A stretch of 36,977 nt of DNA from IMG/VR virus record IMGVR_UViG_3300012921_000044, positions 1 to 36,977 of that record, one strand, 5' to 3'. Below, one piece after another: positions 35,328-36,977 of the stretch. This DNA comes from a virus. Its lineage: Duplodnaviria; Caudoviricetes. Each line of letters begins with the position of its first letter. The stretch's first letter is position 1. The notes under the pieces were generated by a model. That model was not told the DNA's origin. It saw nothing but the letters and a program-made list of their open reading frames with translations, and ran no database searches. Made by a program: the position numbers and the translations under genes.

Positions 35328-35626
35328 GCGCCGCCGAAATCGCGACCGCCGCCGTCGCCGTGCTGACCCCGATCGGCGGCGGCATCGCCTGGCTATGGGC
35401 ACAGATCGACAAGCGCATAACCGGCCTCGAAAGCAAGGTCGCCGCGTGCGAAGCGCGCGAAGATGCCGGGCTGGCTCGCCGCGCCGTGCAGTTGACCGTG
35501 ATCGAACTGCTTTGGCAGCGGCTCGACCAGCTGGAACCCGGCTCGGCCGTTCTGGTCCGCGCGAAGAAGTTGCTGGACGACCTGAAGGTAAAAAACCTCG
35601 AGGATCAGCAAGCCGACCCCGAATAG
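35324..35626 (+). CDS. Single-TM coiled-coil protein (holin/antiholin candidate)
   Basis: N-terminal TM then heptad-rich helix; directly before endolysin. Confidence 0.7.
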   Translation: MSAAEIATAAVAVLTPIGGGIAWLWAQIDKRITGLESKVAACEAREDAGLARRAVQLTVIELLWQRLDQLEPGSAVLVRAKKLLDDLKVKNLEDQQADPE

Positions 35627-35664
35627 TCGCCCGCGCCGCGGGCTCTCTCCCAAAGGAAATCTCT

Positions 35665-36150
35665 ATGCCTATCATTCTCGGCGCGCGTTCGCTCGCGCGC
35701 CTCGACGGCGTGCATCCTGACCTTGTCCGCGTCGTGAAGCGCGCGGCGCTGATCGCCGAGCCCGAAGACGACTTCACCGTCCTGGAAGGCGTGCGCAGCC
35801 GGGAGCAGATGGCCATCAACTATGGCAAGGGGCGCACGGCCGCCCAGTGCGAGGCGAAAGGCGTTCCGGCCAAATATGCCCAGCCCAAGGCCGCGAAGGT
35901 CACTTGGCTCAACGACCCATATAAGAGCAATCATCGCGTGATGTTCGACGGCTTCGGCCACGCGGTTGACCTTGCCCCGTGGCCGATCGATTGGAACAAT
36001 CTCGCGCGCTTCGACCGGCTGGGCCTGTTGATGCTGCGCGCCGCGTCGATCGAAGGCGTCGCGATCCGATGGGGCGCCGACTGGGACGGCGACGGCAAGC
36101 CTCGCGAAAAGGGCGAAAGCGACAGCCCTCACTTCGAATTGGCCCGCTGA
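35665..36150 (+). CDS. Endolysin, M15 L-Ala-D-Glu peptidase
   Basis: LDGVHPDLV...EGVRS...SNH...GHAVD...WGADW...DSPHFEL; AAGGA RBS. Confidence 0.94.
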   Translation: MPIILGARSLARLDGVHPDLVRVVKRAALIAEPEDDFTVLEGVRSREQMAINYGKGRTAAQCEAKGVPAKYAQPKAAKVTWLNDPYKSNHRVMFDGFGHAVDLAPWPIDWNNLARFDRLGLLMLRAASIEGVAIRWGADWDGDGKPREKGESDSPHFELAR

Positions 36151-36335
36151 TGAAGACGCTCGGGGAGTTTGCCCAGAACCCGGACGGCCGCACCTACGAC
36201 GGCCGGAAGGTCGCTCAATGGCTGTTCGAGGCAATGACTGGGAAGCCCATGTCGGATGAAGAAGCCTCGCGCTTGGTAGCGGAAGCGCAGGAAAAGGCGC
36301 GTCGGCGCCGCCAAAATCCTAGTTCCCCAGCCTGA
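36150..36335 (+). CDS. Hypothetical protein (61 aa)
   Basis: TGATG overlap with endolysin. Confidence 0.6.
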   Translation: MKTLGEFAQNPDGRTYDGRKVAQWLFEAMTGKPMSDEEASRLVAEAQEKARRRRQNPSSPA

Positions 36336-36396
36336 AGGATGTTCCCGCGTTGCCGTCGCGGCTGGCGATGGCGCGCGATCAATGAAAGGAAAGACC

Positions 36397-36567
36397 ATGA
36401 AATGGGTTCTTGACCGACTGCGCGAGCCGTCGACCTATGCCGGCCTTGCCGGTCTGGCGCTCGCGTTCGGCATCAACGACGCCACCTGGGCGGCCATCTC
36501 GACGGCCGTTGCCGGTGTCGCCGGTCTGATCGCCGTGCTGCTCCACGACAAGGCCGCCGACGCCTGA
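36397..36567 (+). CDS. Holin-like 2-TM protein
   Basis: RLREPSTYAGL then two hydrophobic helices; AAAGGA RBS. Confidence 0.8.
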   Translation: MKWVLDRLREPSTYAGLAGLALAFGINDATWAAISTAVAGVAGLIAVLLHDKAADA

Positions 36568-36977
36568 TGTGGGGGCGAGTTCTCGCCGGGGCTGGCGCTC
36601 TCGCGCTCGCCCTGGCGCTCGCCTGGCTTTATGGCGGTGCGCGCTATGACGCCGGCGAACTCGCCGAGCGCGTGAAGTGGAAGGACGTGGTCGCCGATAA
36701 GGAACGCGAAATCGCGGCCCTTCGCATCGGCAACGAACGGCGGGTGACCGCGGCCGTCGCAACCTTCGCCGACAAGATCACCGCGCTTCAGCCGGTGATC
36801 GTCCGTTCAACCGATACGGTGACCAAATATGCTCAAACACCCGCTGGCGCTGTTGAGTGCCTTTCTGCTGACCGCGTGCATGGGATCGACGCGGATGCCG
36901 CCGCCCTTGGCCTATTCTCCGCCCCCGCCACCCCCGGTGGCGTTAACCCCCTGCCACCGATCCCCGATCCTCCGTAG
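36567..36977 (+). CDS. Inner-membrane spanin (Rz-like)
   Basis: N-terminal TM, coiled coil, C-terminal Cys. Confidence 0.8.
   Translation: MWGRVLAGAGALALALALAWLYGGARYDAGELAERVKWKDVVADKEREIAALRIGNERRVTAAVATFADKITALQPVIVRSTDTVTKYAQTPAGAVECLSADRVHGIDADAAALGLFSAPATPGGVNPLPPIPDPP
36829..36977 (+). CDS. Outer-membrane spanin (Rz1-like lipoprotein), overlapping Rz and truncated by the window end
   Basis: MLKHPLALLSAFLLTAC lipobox then Pro-rich MPPPLAYSPPPPPP in the +1 frame. Confidence 0.8.
   Translation, partial: MLKHPLALLSAFLLTACMGSTRMPPPLAYSPPPPPPVALTPCHRSPILR

Larger units (their letters stand above)
1..36977. mobile_element. Temperate siphovirus prophage (HK97-type head, non-contractile tail), right end outside the window
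   Basis: Lambdoid order: integrase, early left, cI/cro, replication, HNH/terminase, portal, protease, capsid, tail, lysis. Confidence 0.97.

Overview
The window is almost all of one high-GC temperate siphovirus prophage, probably from an alphaproteobacterial (sphingomonad-like) host; the host is inferred from gene content. It runs from the left att end to the spanin genes, and attR is not in the window. Order: 3' half of a tRNA-Gly overlapping the end of a large serine integrase; a stop/start-coupled leftward early operon; an immunity region (lipoprotein, short XRE repressor, Cro, five 17-bp operators at 34-bp spacing); a rightward early operon (CII-like, Acb2/Tad1-like protein, DUF2303, PcfJ-like, DUF1064, C5 methyltransferase with a nested out-of-frame gene, XF1762/Mom-like protein, replication initiator with iterons, late regulator) interrupted by an antisense RelE/XRE toxin-antitoxin pair; then HNH, cos region, terminase, HK97-type head, non-contractile tail and lysis genes. 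Most unusual signals: (i) each of the three antisense genes or cassettes inside an early operon is overlaid by 'bridge' ORFs that are stop/start-coupled to the neighbouring genes on both sides; (ii) a serine integrase whose last codons are also a tRNA 3' half; (iii) a dual-frame methyltransferase gene; (iv) an anti-defence sponge-like gene flanked by direct repeats. All family calls come from motif recognition, not database searches.
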